Shown here one piece after another: positions 46,671 through 54,085 of a stretch of 54,085 nt of DNA. Made by a program: the position numbers and the translations under genes. Below the pieces are notes generated by a model that saw nothing but the letters and a program-made list of their open reading frames with translations, made no database searches and had not been told where the DNA came from. The first letter of the stretch is position 1, and each line of letters opens with the position of its first letter. This stretch comes from an uncultured Ruminococcus sp. (GTDB taxonomy: Bacteria; Bacillota; Clostridia; Oscillospirales; Ruminococcaceae): assembly GCA_902767115.1 (NCBI GenBank), contig CACXGK010000069.1, forward strand, positions 1 to 54,085, written 5' to 3'.

Positions 46671-46707
46671 CGTTTCAAATGCAAGCCTTCCGGCTCATGG
46701 GAACAAC

Positions 46708-49700
46708 TTACTTAGCGAGAAGCTTTCTCTTGAGTGCAGACAGGTCGTAGATATCGACAACCTTATCACCATTTACGTCCATATTGGAACCATAAATCGT
46801 GCCTGCATCCTTGCCGTGGATCCATTTCTGGAGCTTGACAACATCCACAACAGAGAGAACGTTATTACCATCAACGTCACCAGGTGTGTGACGAACGATC
46901 TTGGAAGGATCATAAGTTGCAATATTTGCAAACTGCAGCTTGCTGTCGGTAGCGTAGGTTTCAGAATTGCTGCCCGGAACACCGTAGATCACGAAATCCT
47001 CAACAGCCTTGTTATTGACGAAACCAACAGACTTTGTAGCGATGGTCGGATCACCCGGAATCGGGAGTGCAGTTAGTGTATTGCAGTTGCTGAATGCGCC
47101 GGATTCAATAGCTGTCAGCTGACGGGAATCGCTGTTGTTGATGTTCACAGTACCCAGTGCGACGCAGCCACTGAATGCATTGCTGCCGATGGTCTCTACG
47201 AACAGATCCACTGTATCGAGAGATGTACAGTTCTGGAATGCGCTGGAACCAAGTGTTACTGCATCCACATCAGCCTTGGTCATAGAATTACAGCCGCTGA
47301 ATGCATTATTGCCAATCTTCTGCGCACCCTCCAGCTTCAGGGAAGTCAGACCGCTGCCTGTAAACGCACCCGAACCAATGGAATAGTTCAGCATATTGCT
47401 AAAGTCGTAGGACTTGAGTGCAGTGCAGTTCTTGAAGCAGTTATTCGGGATCTCGTTGACGCCTTCGGTCTTTACGCTGGAAAGGCTCGTGCAGTCGCTG
47501 AACATACTCTCTGTCAGGACGCCAGTCTCAACAGACTTGAGCGATGCGCAGTTCATGTAATGCTTTGTACCGTTGTAAGAGGTCGTCTTATCAGCCGGGA
47601 TCTTCTCAAGAGATGTACAGCCCTGGAATGCGGCACCCTCAATTGTCGTTGCAACGAGGTTGGTCTTGCCGTCCATCTTGAATACGTTTGTCAGGCTTGT
47701 GCAGAACTCAAATGCATTTGCCTTGATGATATCCGCATTTGTAGAAACCTTGGTAAGAGCCGGACAATTGGAGAACATACTCTGGGTGATGATAGCACCC
47801 TCATAAACAGCGGACTCCAGGTTCGGGCACTTCGCAGCGATGCTGTTGCCAACCTTAAACTCCTTCGCCTCAGAAGAAGTGATGTTGAGTGTCTTGAGAT
47901 TCTCACACTCAGAGAATGCAGATGCGCCGATAACAACTGTACCACCGGTCATACCATCGAGATTTACGCTTGTGATACCACTCTTCTGGAAAGCATTAGC
48001 GCCGATCGTGGAAATAGAGCCGTCTACCGGGATCTTCAGTGCGGAGCAGTTCAGGAAGCACTTTGCGCCGTAGTCCTGCGCAGCGATCGCCTTAGCAGTA
48101 GTAGAAATGCTGGTCAGAGAAGAGCAGTCAGAGAATGCACTTTCCTCAACGATAACAAGGTTATCAAAGTCAACCTTCTTGAGCTTGGAGCAGCTTGCGA
48201 ATGCGCTCTTACCAACGACAGTAACCTTTTTCAGGCTGCCCTTGATGGATTCGAGTGCAGTACAGCCGCTGAACATACCCTGCGGAACCTTCTCCATCCA
48301 GTTCGAGCTGATAGTAATCGTTTTCGCACCGGAACAATCCTTAAATACGAAGCCCTTAGAGCCGTTGGTCTCAGCATTTGCAAACTCGCCATAGGAGTCA
48401 GAGAGGAGTGTGATAGCAGTCAGGCTGCTGCATCCCTCAAGTGCATTGCTGCCAACGCCGGGATAGTCAACTTCCTTGCCGTTATAGTCGATCTTAGTCG
48501 TTTTCTTGCACTCGCCAACCTCAAAAGAAGTCATAGCAGAGCAGCCCTTGAATGCCTTATCGCCGATCAGGTTTACATTCGGATAAGCGATTTCCAGGAT
48601 CTTGGAGCAGCCTTCAAAAGCGCTCTTACCGATCTCAACGATAGGCTCCTTGATCGTCAGCTTTTTGTTCTTGGAAATGATATCCACAGTCTTCAGAGAA
48701 GAGCAGCCCATGAAGCACTCATCCGGGATCTTGGTCAGAGAAGCCGGCAGCTCGCAGCTTGCCAGGGAAGTACAGCCTGCAAACATTGCAGAACCAAAGC
48801 CGTAGCCGGTATTCGCTGTATATGCAACCCAGTCATAGATGGTTTCCGGAATGCCGGTGACCTTCTTCAGAGAGGTGCAATCCTCAAAGCAGCCGCCACC
48901 CAGTGCTTCCAGTACAGAATTGAACTGAATATCTGTCAGCGCAGTACAGCCGGAGAAGCACTCTCTGTCAGCCCAAAGGGTCTTCTTACCAAATACGACC
49001 TTGGTGATCTTGGTGCAGTCCTTGAATACATTCATATTCAGGTGATGCAGGTTGTCCGGCATAACGACCTCAGTCAGGTTCTTACAGCCCTCATAAGCGC
49101 CGTCATCTACATAGAATTCCTCGCCGCCCTTTGCAGCGCCAAGATCTCCCAGAATGGTAGTACCAACCGGAGTGTTCTTAAATGCGTTCTTTCCGATAGA
49201 ACGGATCAGGCTGTAGTCTGCGATCTTGATCTCAGACAGAGCTGTGTTCTCGCAGAAGCTCTCCGGAATGTTCGGGAGCTGGCAATTAACGGTCAGCTTT
49301 TTCAGACCGCTGTCCTTGAAGGTCAGCTTGTCAATGTACTTGACAGACTTCGGGATCGTGATTTCGGTGATATATGCAGCCTTCTGGAAAACGCCGCCAG
49401 TGATATACTCAATGCCCGTCATATCGATCGTCTTGATATAAGCAGGGTTGCTGCTGCCAACAGGCTTTACACTTGCAAGGATCGTCGGGTGCTCGTCGGA
49501 AACGCCAAGCTTGATGACATCCTTATAGTTTGCCTGTGTTGCCTTGGAAGCGTATGCGACCTTAACATATGCATTCATCTGCGTGGTAGGAACCGGAATG
49601 TCCGGGATGGACACATCAAGCATGGTAGCTTTATTCAAACCGTTGAGTGCAATATGATACTCCAGGGAGTCGATCACAGTCACAGTCTTGCCCTTGGAAT

Positions 49701-50070
49701 CCAGCTCCTTGTGGGAAATCTCAACCTCGCTTACACCAAGGCTATAATCAGCGTACTTAGCATCTTTGAGCTCTTTCTGGAGCGCCGCAGCGGCAGCCGC
49801 CAGATCCTCATTCTTGGTAGACTTCGCATCGGAGTCGATCTTAGAAGTAACATCGGTGAACTTATACGTATAGATCTGGGTATCAATATACGGATCAGCA
49901 TACTTTCCGATATTTTTACCCGGCTCAGGGAGCTCGGTGGTCGTATCTGCCGCACAAGCAGTGATGCTTGTCGGAACAGGAGCGCTTGAGGTGATGTCGG
50001 TCACGGGCGCAAACGCCAAGCTGCCCATAACACAAATCAGAGCCGTAACAGCGGCTAAGACTTTTTTCAT
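46708..50070 (-). CDS. large secreted BspA-type leucine-rich-repeat protein with C-terminal dockerin
   Basis: The start MKKVLAAVTALICVMGSLAFA follows GGAGG. It carries well over 20 LRR_5-like units (..AFxxCxxLxxIxIPxSVxxIGxxAF..). The dockerin is GDVDGNNVLSVVDVVKLQKWI / DVNGDKVVDIYDLSALKRKL. The longer ORF reaching 50247 lacks an SD. Confidence 0.85.
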   Translation of the reverse strand: MKKVLAAVTALICVMGSLAFAPVTDITSSAPVPTSITACAADTTTELPEPGKNIGKYADPYIDTQIYTYKFTDVTSKIDSDAKSTKNEDLAAAAAALQKELKDAKYADYSLGVSEVEISHKELDSKGKTVTVIDSLEYHIALNGLNKATMLDVSIPDIPVPTTQMNAYVKVAYASKATQANYKDVIKLGVSDEHPTILASVKPVGSSNPAYIKTIDMTGIEYITGGVFQKAAYITEITIPKSVKYIDKLTFKDSGLKKLTVNCQLPNIPESFCENTALSEIKIADYSLIRSIGKNAFKNTPVGTTILGDLGAAKGGEEFYVDDGAYEGCKNLTEVVMPDNLHHLNMNVFKDCTKITKVVFGKKTLWADRECFSGCTALTDIQFNSVLEALGGGCFEDCTSLKKVTGIPETIYDWVAYTANTGYGFGSAMFAGCTSLASCELPASLTKIPDECFMGCSSLKTVDIISKNKKLTIKEPIVEIGKSAFEGCSKILEIAYPNVNLIGDKAFKGCSAMTSFEVGECKKTTKIDYNGKEVDYPGVGSNALEGCSSLTAITLLSDSYGEFANAETNGSKGFVFKDCSGAKTITISSNWMEKVPQGMFSGCTALESIKGSLKKVTVVGKSAFASCSKLKKVDFDNLVIVEESAFSDCSSLTSISTTAKAIAAQDYGAKCFLNCSALKIPVDGSISTIGANAFQKSGITSVNLDGMTGGTVVIGASAFSECENLKTLNITSSEAKEFKVGNSIAAKCPNLESAVYEGAIITQSMFSNCPALTKVSTNADIIKANAFEFCTSLTNVFKMDGKTNLVATTIEGAAFQGCTSLEKIPADKTTSYNGTKHYMNCASLKSVETGVLTESMFSDCTSLSSVKTEGVNEIPNNCFKNCTALKSYDFSNMLNYSIGSGAFTGSGLTSLKLEGAQKIGNNAFSGCNSMTKADVDAVTLGSSAFQNCTSLDTVDLFVETIGSNAFSGCVALGTVNINNSDSRQLTAIESGAFSNCNTLTALPIPGDPTIATKSVGFVNNKAVEDFVIYGVPGSNSETYATDSKLQFANIATYDPSKIVRHTPGDVDGNNVLSVVDVVKLQKWIHGKDAGTIYGSNMDVNGDKVVDIYDLSALKRKLLAK

Positions 50071-50137
50071 GATAATCAATCCTCCCATAATTTTATAAAG
50101 ATATAAAGTTACCCCATAACATCTATATCCGATTGTT

Positions 50138-50166
50138 ATTATACCATATGTTTCGTCTACATTCAA
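50138..50166 (-). promoter_or_regulatory. probable sigma-A promoter of the LRR-dockerin gene
   Basis: Minus-strand TTGAAT, a 17-nt spacer and TGgTATAAT. Confidence 0.5.
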
Positions 50167-50347
50167 GAGATAACGCACAAGTTTCACAAGATGCACAATT
50201 TGACATCTCATATTTGTAGCATATCGCCAAAAGAAAACATATGTCATTTACAGCAAGTTGATTTCCAAAAACATATTATTGCATAAAATTTGTATTTTGT
50301 GCAATTCTTAATATTTTGATATGGCACACTTCCCCACACGGAAATGC

Positions 50348-50384
50348 AATAATCCCCGGATTTATCAGCAATCCGGGGATTATT
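50348..50384. other. perfect 13-bp hairpin in the island junction
   Basis: AATAATCCCCGGA - 11 nt - TCCGGGGATTATT. The T-tracts are weak on both sides, so its orientation and role are unclear. Confidence 0.4.
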
Positions 50385-50557
50385 GTGCGTTTTATGAGCG
50401 CTTCATGCACTTTTTATCGAACGACGGATTGCAGGCGTAGAAATTCCGTGCGTCCAACCGATCCTGCACCATGCGCATCGCTTCACCGGAGATCTGTCAT
50501 TAAACAAACAGCAGTTTTAGACGGTCTATCTTGTAAAACCATTTGGTACAAAATCGA

Positions 50558-50610
50558 GGGTCTGAAGTTCAACAAAACAGTTGGATTTCAGACCCCATCT
50601 TTGTTTTCTT
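50558..50610 (+). terminator. strong plus-strand terminator-like hairpin with no annotated upstream gene
   Basis: GGGTCTGAAgtTCAAC-aaaaca-GTTGgatTTCAGACCC followed by CATCTTTGTTTTCTT. Confidence 0.55.
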
Positions 50611-50711
50611 GAATGTATATTTGTGGAAATATTCAAGGAAAATTTCTGTGAAATAACGTTATTCCAATTTCAGTGAAAAATGACTATAATTGTAGATAAG
50701 AGGTGATGCGT

Positions 50712-51005
50712 ATGAGAAATGAAGATTTTGCCGATATTTATGAAGAAATCGCTGCTGAAGCAGGGGCAGAAACGGCGATTGCGATCTACAATATGTTCAA
50801 GGGACAGCAGATCATGTTTCCGCAGAAGTTATATAAGAAAGAATATATTTATCGATATATAGAGGAAAATTACAACGGTCATAACGTCAGAGAATTGTCG
50901 CAGCTGTTTGGTTATTCTGACCGTAGAATTCGACAGATTATTACAGAAATACGAAAAAAGCAGGAACAGCAAGCAGAAGACACCTCTTCCCTTCCAGTTA
51001 CTTGA
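50712..51005 (+). CDS. Mor-like small HTH transcriptional regulator
   Basis: 97 aa starting at the ATG after AGAGGTGA. The pattern ...MFPQKLYKKEYIYRYIEENYNGHNVRELSQLFGYSDRRIRQII resembles Mor/CD3324-type activators of phages and mobile elements. The call is by eye. Confidence 0.6.
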   Translation: MRNEDFADIYEEIAAEAGAETAIAIYNMFKGQQIMFPQKLYKKEYIYRYIEENYNGHNVRELSQLFGYSDRRIRQIITEIRKKQEQQAEDTSSLPVT

Positions 51006-51006
51006 T

Positions 51007-51204
51007 TTAATTAACATATTTAAGATATTCAATCACAGCTGCCTTCGTGATCTTCCATCGGTTCCCAATCTTGAATGCATCGATCTGACCGGAGTGAATC
51101 AGGTGCAGCATCGTGTTTCTGCCGACCTTTAAGAGCTGCTGGCATTCCTTTAGGGTGAGAATTGCGGGGGTGTGATTTAGCATAATTTGTGTCATTCCTT
51201 TCAT
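51007..51204 (-). CDS. excisionase-family (HTH_17/MerR-like) DNA-binding protein
   Basis: 65 aa. LTLKECQQLLKVGRNTMLHLIHSGQIDAFKIGNRWKITKAAVIEYL is the typical excisionase-type HTH followed by a wing. The exact start is uncertain (ATG at 51204, 51195 or 51183). Confidence 0.75.
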   Translation of the reverse strand: MKGMTQIMLNHTPAILTLKECQQLLKVGRNTMLHLIHSGQIDAFKIGNRWKITKAAVIEYLKYVN

Positions 51205-51220
51205 ATAAAGTCTGGTTGTT

Positions 51221-51257
51221 TTAGTTTATATTAGTTTATTTAAATGTAAGTTTGTTA
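51221..51257. promoter_or_regulatory. 10-bp direct repeats in the divergent intergenic region (operator-like)
   Basis: TTAGTTTATA TTAGTTTATT in tandem (51221-51240), plus the related AAGTTTGTTA (51248-51257). They lie between the HTH gene and the unknown cassette. Confidence 0.35.
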
Positions 51258-51286
51258 ATCGTGATAGATTCAAGGAGGTGTTACCA

Positions 51287-52108
51287 ATGAATATTAAAGA
51301 CGCAGCTGACCTTCTTGGTGATGCAATGGAATTGCTTCCTAAGAAGAATGAGAAATCAATCTTGCTTCAACTTCAAGTAATGCAGAATAATGGCTTTGGA
51401 CGTATTCCATTTGAGTTATTTCCCGAAATAACAAAAGACTATCTTCCCTATATAAAACAATTTGAACTTGATAAACCGGAAAAAATGATTCGATTTTTAG
51501 TGGAGCTTCAGTTTGCCAGTATTGATTCCGTAAACAGTGGAATCGGTGATGTTCAAGAAACGCTGCTCAATAAAACAATTGCCAAAATTGACACTGCAAG
51601 AAGTCTCATGGTTTATGCACTCGACAATCCCAAAGACAAAGATGTCATGCTTTCTAAGTGTATTCCATCGATCATGGAGGCTGCAAATGAGATAAAACGA
51701 GAGATTCAGCAATCATGTGATTGGTTTTATAAGGTCGATCATCGTAATGAATTCCAGTATTTTTTACTCTCAAAATTTGATACACAAAAAGCTAAAGACA
51801 AGAGCCGAATCGCTACCGCCGCTTTACGATCACTTTTATCTGCGATTACGTTGTTGGTAATCATTGGAAATGAAAGGAGGTCCAATGTCAAGAGCTTTCT
51901 TGACGAGACAGATGGATTCTTCGATTCATTATCGCAAAAAGGATATATTTCACTCATGCAGCGCTGGACGTCGGAGCAGGATCGCAATGAGTGGAGTTCC
52001 GAGAACATAAAAAATCAAATAGAACATATCCGCAGCTTATCAGACGATCTCAGCGAATTTCTAATGGGTGAAGAAGAATGCGAGATCGACTTTGAAGACT
52101 TGGAATAG
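51287..52108 (+). CDS. hypothetical protein A of the island cassette (273 aa, acidic C-terminus)
   Basis: The ATG follows AAGGAGG. It is a long ORF in AT-rich DNA, which is stop-codon rich and therefore unlikely to stay open by chance. I recognise no family or catalytic motif. It looks predominantly helical. Confidence 0.7.
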   Translation: MNIKDAADLLGDAMELLPKKNEKSILLQLQVMQNNGFGRIPFELFPEITKDYLPYIKQFELDKPEKMIRFLVELQFASIDSVNSGIGDVQETLLNKTIAKIDTARSLMVYALDNPKDKDVMLSKCIPSIMEAANEIKREIQQSCDWFYKVDHRNEFQYFLLSKFDTQKAKDKSRIATAALRSLLSAITLLVIIGNERRSNVKSFLDETDGFFDSLSQKGYISLMQRWTSEQDRNEWSSENIKNQIEHIRSLSDDLSEFLMGEEECEIDFEDLE

Positions 52109-52119
52109 GAGGTATCATT

Positions 52120-52401
52120 ATGGGACGTGGAATCGACGATATGGAAAAGAAAGGAAACGAGGAGGTAGGTCTCATTGGCACACTTGGGTTACTTGCTGCT
52201 GCTTTGATCAGTGCTGGTGTCTCCAGCGGTAAAAAAAATAAGGAAAAGCGGAGGAACGAGCTATTGGAGCTGCGCAATACAAAAAAGCGAGAGTTGCAGA
52301 AATATAAGGGAGGTTTTTTCAAAGAAGCCTGGAATGATTCTGAGATCAAGAAATTAGAAAAAGAGATCGATGAGATCAATCAAGAACTAAGGAATCTGTA
52401 G
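52120..52401 (+). CDS. hypothetical small membrane protein B (93 aa: one TM helix + Lys/Glu-rich coiled-coil tail)
   Basis: The ATG lies 11 nt after the stop of A and follows AGGAGG. The TM helix is VGLIGTLGLLAAALISAGV, followed by KKNKEKRRNELLELRNTKKRELQKY...EKEIDEINQELRNL. Confidence 0.65.
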   Translation: MGRGIDDMEKKGNEEVGLIGTLGLLAAALISAGVSSGKKNKEKRRNELLELRNTKKRELQKYKGGFFKEAWNDSEIKKLEKEIDEINQELRNL

Positions 52402-52424
52402 ATTCTTCTGAGAGGTGAACACCA

Positions 52425-53594
52425 TTGGAATTATCAATTTTTGAACCGAAAATCATTACGAACTCCTCACGGTTAGTTCAGGAAAGCATTCAAGCAAAGC
52501 AAGGAAACTCCACATACGGTGTTATAGCAGACTTTTTAGACCAAAATCTCGAACAGCTTGATACGATTGCAGAGCAATGTGGAGTTTGGGCAGCGAAATC
52601 TGCTGTTAAAGCCCAGTATGATAAGCAGTATTTTGACCCAAAATACAAAACGAAAAGCTTTGTAACACGTAATATTTACATCAATCCAGCCAAAAAGGAA
52701 CAGATGGAATTAAACCGTTTTATTACGGGTGCAGCAGTACAGCTTGGCACGGAAGCCGCACTGAAATTCGGAACAAGAAAAATCAGTTCCTTTTTTAATG
52801 AAAAAGATAAAATCAAGACCTGCGAAGCTGTCTATGCATTGTTATTATCCTATATTCTTTCAGCAGAGCCAAATGCAAATACCTACCGTGCAATCTGTGA
52901 GCTGGATAAGATACGCAATTCGTTTCCGATCGATAAAAAAGCAAGAAAAAAGATATATACTTCTTATAGTGATAACAGCAACGATATACAGATTATGGAT
53001 CAGGTATCAGTCATCAATCCTGATGATGAAGCGCTTGTTTGCGCTGTAGCCTATTTTATAGCAGTATTGCACCGACAGCTATACGGGGATGAAAATCCAG
53101 AGGATAAGCAAATGAGGTCGTACTACCAGCTCATAGGACTTGACGGTGTCTACGGTAAGGAGCTGCTGAACGAGAATCTTTATCGCTATGATGAAATCGC
53201 AGCCGATCAACTCGCCTATCTTCAGCTTTCCCGTGCAATGGTAAAGCAGCTTTCAGTTGGACTGCCGGAAGTCGATCTTTTCCGTATCCAGCAACGTGCA
53301 ACCGCAATGGCTGCCTTTGACCCGTATGCGATACGGAGAAAAAAGGTCAAAGGCAGCGCATTGGTCGGCGTAAAAACCATAGCAGGTGTATTTTTGGAAA
53401 TGCCTGAGATTGCTTTTGACGGAATTTCGACCGCTTTATCTCAGTTTATTAAAGACGAGCAATTGCTCGAAGTTGCGGCCAACAAGATGCACGAGTGGGG
53501 AATGAGTCGAAAAGAAGCAGAGCTTGCGATTGAAAATTCAGGTAATATTGATAGGAAATGTGCTGATAATGACAGCTTCTCTGAAAATGAATAA
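52425..53594 (+). CDS. hypothetical protein C of the island cassette (389 aa)
   Basis: The TTG start follows GAGAGGTG, 23 nt after the stop of B. The next in-frame ATG is about 93 codons downstream. I recognise no family or motif. Confidence 0.68.
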   Translation: MELSIFEPKIITNSSRLVQESIQAKQGNSTYGVIADFLDQNLEQLDTIAEQCGVWAAKSAVKAQYDKQYFDPKYKTKSFVTRNIYINPAKKEQMELNRFITGAAVQLGTEAALKFGTRKISSFFNEKDKIKTCEAVYALLLSYILSAEPNANTYRAICELDKIRNSFPIDKKARKKIYTSYSDNSNDIQIMDQVSVINPDDEALVCAVAYFIAVLHRQLYGDENPEDKQMRSYYQLIGLDGVYGKELLNENLYRYDEIAADQLAYLQLSRAMVKQLSVGLPEVDLFRIQQRATAMAAFDPYAIRRKKVKGSALVGVKTIAGVFLEMPEIAFDGISTALSQFIKDEQLLEVAANKMHEWGMSRKEAELAIENSGNIDRKCADNDSFSENE

Positions 53595-53711
53595 TGGAAA
53601 GGAAATAAAAAAATATAACTGGAAATACTAGTATCTTGTAGTAATGAATTAGAAATCGATGCGTCGCTCTGAGATGAGTGTAGCAATTCTGCCAAACAAG
53701 GAGGCTCGGTT

Positions 53712-54085
53712 ATGAATCCACAGAATCCCAATCAGAAAAATAATCAACCACATCCAAAGATACCAACGCAATCTGAGCTCCCACCAGTCAAGCAATGCCC
53801 GTTTTGTAAGGAGTGGGTCGCAGTCAGCTATCAAAACTGCCCGAATTGCGGAAAGCGTATTAAACCTCGAACGGGCTGTTTATTTGCGCTTTTACTGGGA
53901 TCAGGCGTTACTATTGTTTCGTGGTTTATATTAGTTATATTGGTTTTATTTTTAGATTCTGTAATACCGAATCCAACACCGCCGTTACACACCACCACAA
54001 GGATCCTGTATCTGGAACTTCAGCAGACTGAACACAATTTGAGCATCAGAGCGTGCTTCTATGTGGACAGAGAGCGCAGCGGCAA
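53712..54085 (+). CDS. zinc-ribbon + transmembrane protein, 3'-truncated by the window end
   Basis: This ORF is absent from the ORF track because it has no stop in the window. The ATG follows AAGGAGG. My translation is MNPQNPNQKNNQPHPKIPTQSELPPVKQCPFCKEWVAVSYQNCPNCGKRIKPRTGCLFALLLGSGVTIVSWFILVILVLFL... It contains CxxC-x10-CxxC followed by a TM helix. Confidence 0.6.
   Translation, partial: MNPQNPNQKNNQPHPKIPTQSELPPVKQCPFCKEWVAVSYQNCPNCGKRIKPRTGCLFALLLGSGVTIVSWFILVILVLFLDSVIPNPTPPLHTTTRILYLELQQTEHNLSIRACFYVDRERSG

Larger units (their letters stand above)
50250..54085. other. AT-rich, probably horizontally acquired island (left part; continues beyond the window)
   Basis: Composition drops abruptly. 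Two hand-counted 60-nt samples gave 40% GC, against 65% in a pcrA sample and 47% in the LRR gene. The content is Mor-like and excisionase-type HTH genes plus unassignable ORFs. No integrase or att repeat is visible in the window. Confidence 0.5.

Noticed and set aside
50392-50478. A 28-aa minus-strand mini-ORF (MRMVQDRLDARNFYACNPSFDKKCMKRS).
   Set aside because: It is too short and lacks an SD. It is more likely the residual 3' end of a disrupted gene. It is discussed as a finding but not called as a CDS or pseudogene, because I cannot name the parent family.
50316-50612. A 98-aa plus-strand ORF in the island junction.
   Set aside because: It has no SD and runs straight through two strong hairpins. 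Its translation has no recognisable features. I treat the region as non-coding or a gene relic.

Overview
This window looks like a 54-kb chromosomal segment of a moderately GC-rich Clostridia-type Firmicute, probably a Ruminococcaceae-like organism given its dockerin-bearing proteins. That taxonomic placement is an inference. About 93% of the window is tightly packed, recognisable genes. These include a ClpC-type ATPase, the queuosine genes tgt and queA, mntP, and an ECF sigma/anti-sigma pair. A lysine-riboswitch-controlled asd-dapA-dapB operon follows, then pcrA, thyX, mltG with a U32 peptidase, and fba. Further on are an OmpR/HK/PP2C module facing a MacB/FtsX-type ABC exporter, an amino-acid ABC importer, a vWA lipoprotein and a GGDEF-EAL protein. 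AzlCD and an NSS transporter complete the core set. Five secreted dockerin proteins are scattered through it: an unknown protein, an amidase, a pectate-lyase-like enzyme, a C1 protease and a BspA-type LRR protein. Many sigma-A promoters (TTGACA-17-TGnTATAAT) and rho-independent terminators can be read directly. By eye I found no rRNA, tRNA, CRISPR array, transposase or integrase. The last ~3.8 kb (about 50250 to the window end) switches abruptly to AT-rich DNA. Hand counts of 60-nt samples gave ~40% GC there, against ~65% in one core sample and 47% in the LRR gene. This stretch carries a Mor-like regulator, an excisionase-type HTH gene, and a compact co-directional cassette of four ORFs (273 aa, 93 aa with one TM helix, 389 aa, and a truncated zinc-ribbon/TM protein). 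I could not match any of the four to a known family. This cassette is my best candidate for an undescribed accessory system, possibly defence or element maintenance, but its function is entirely unproven. The island continues beyond the window.
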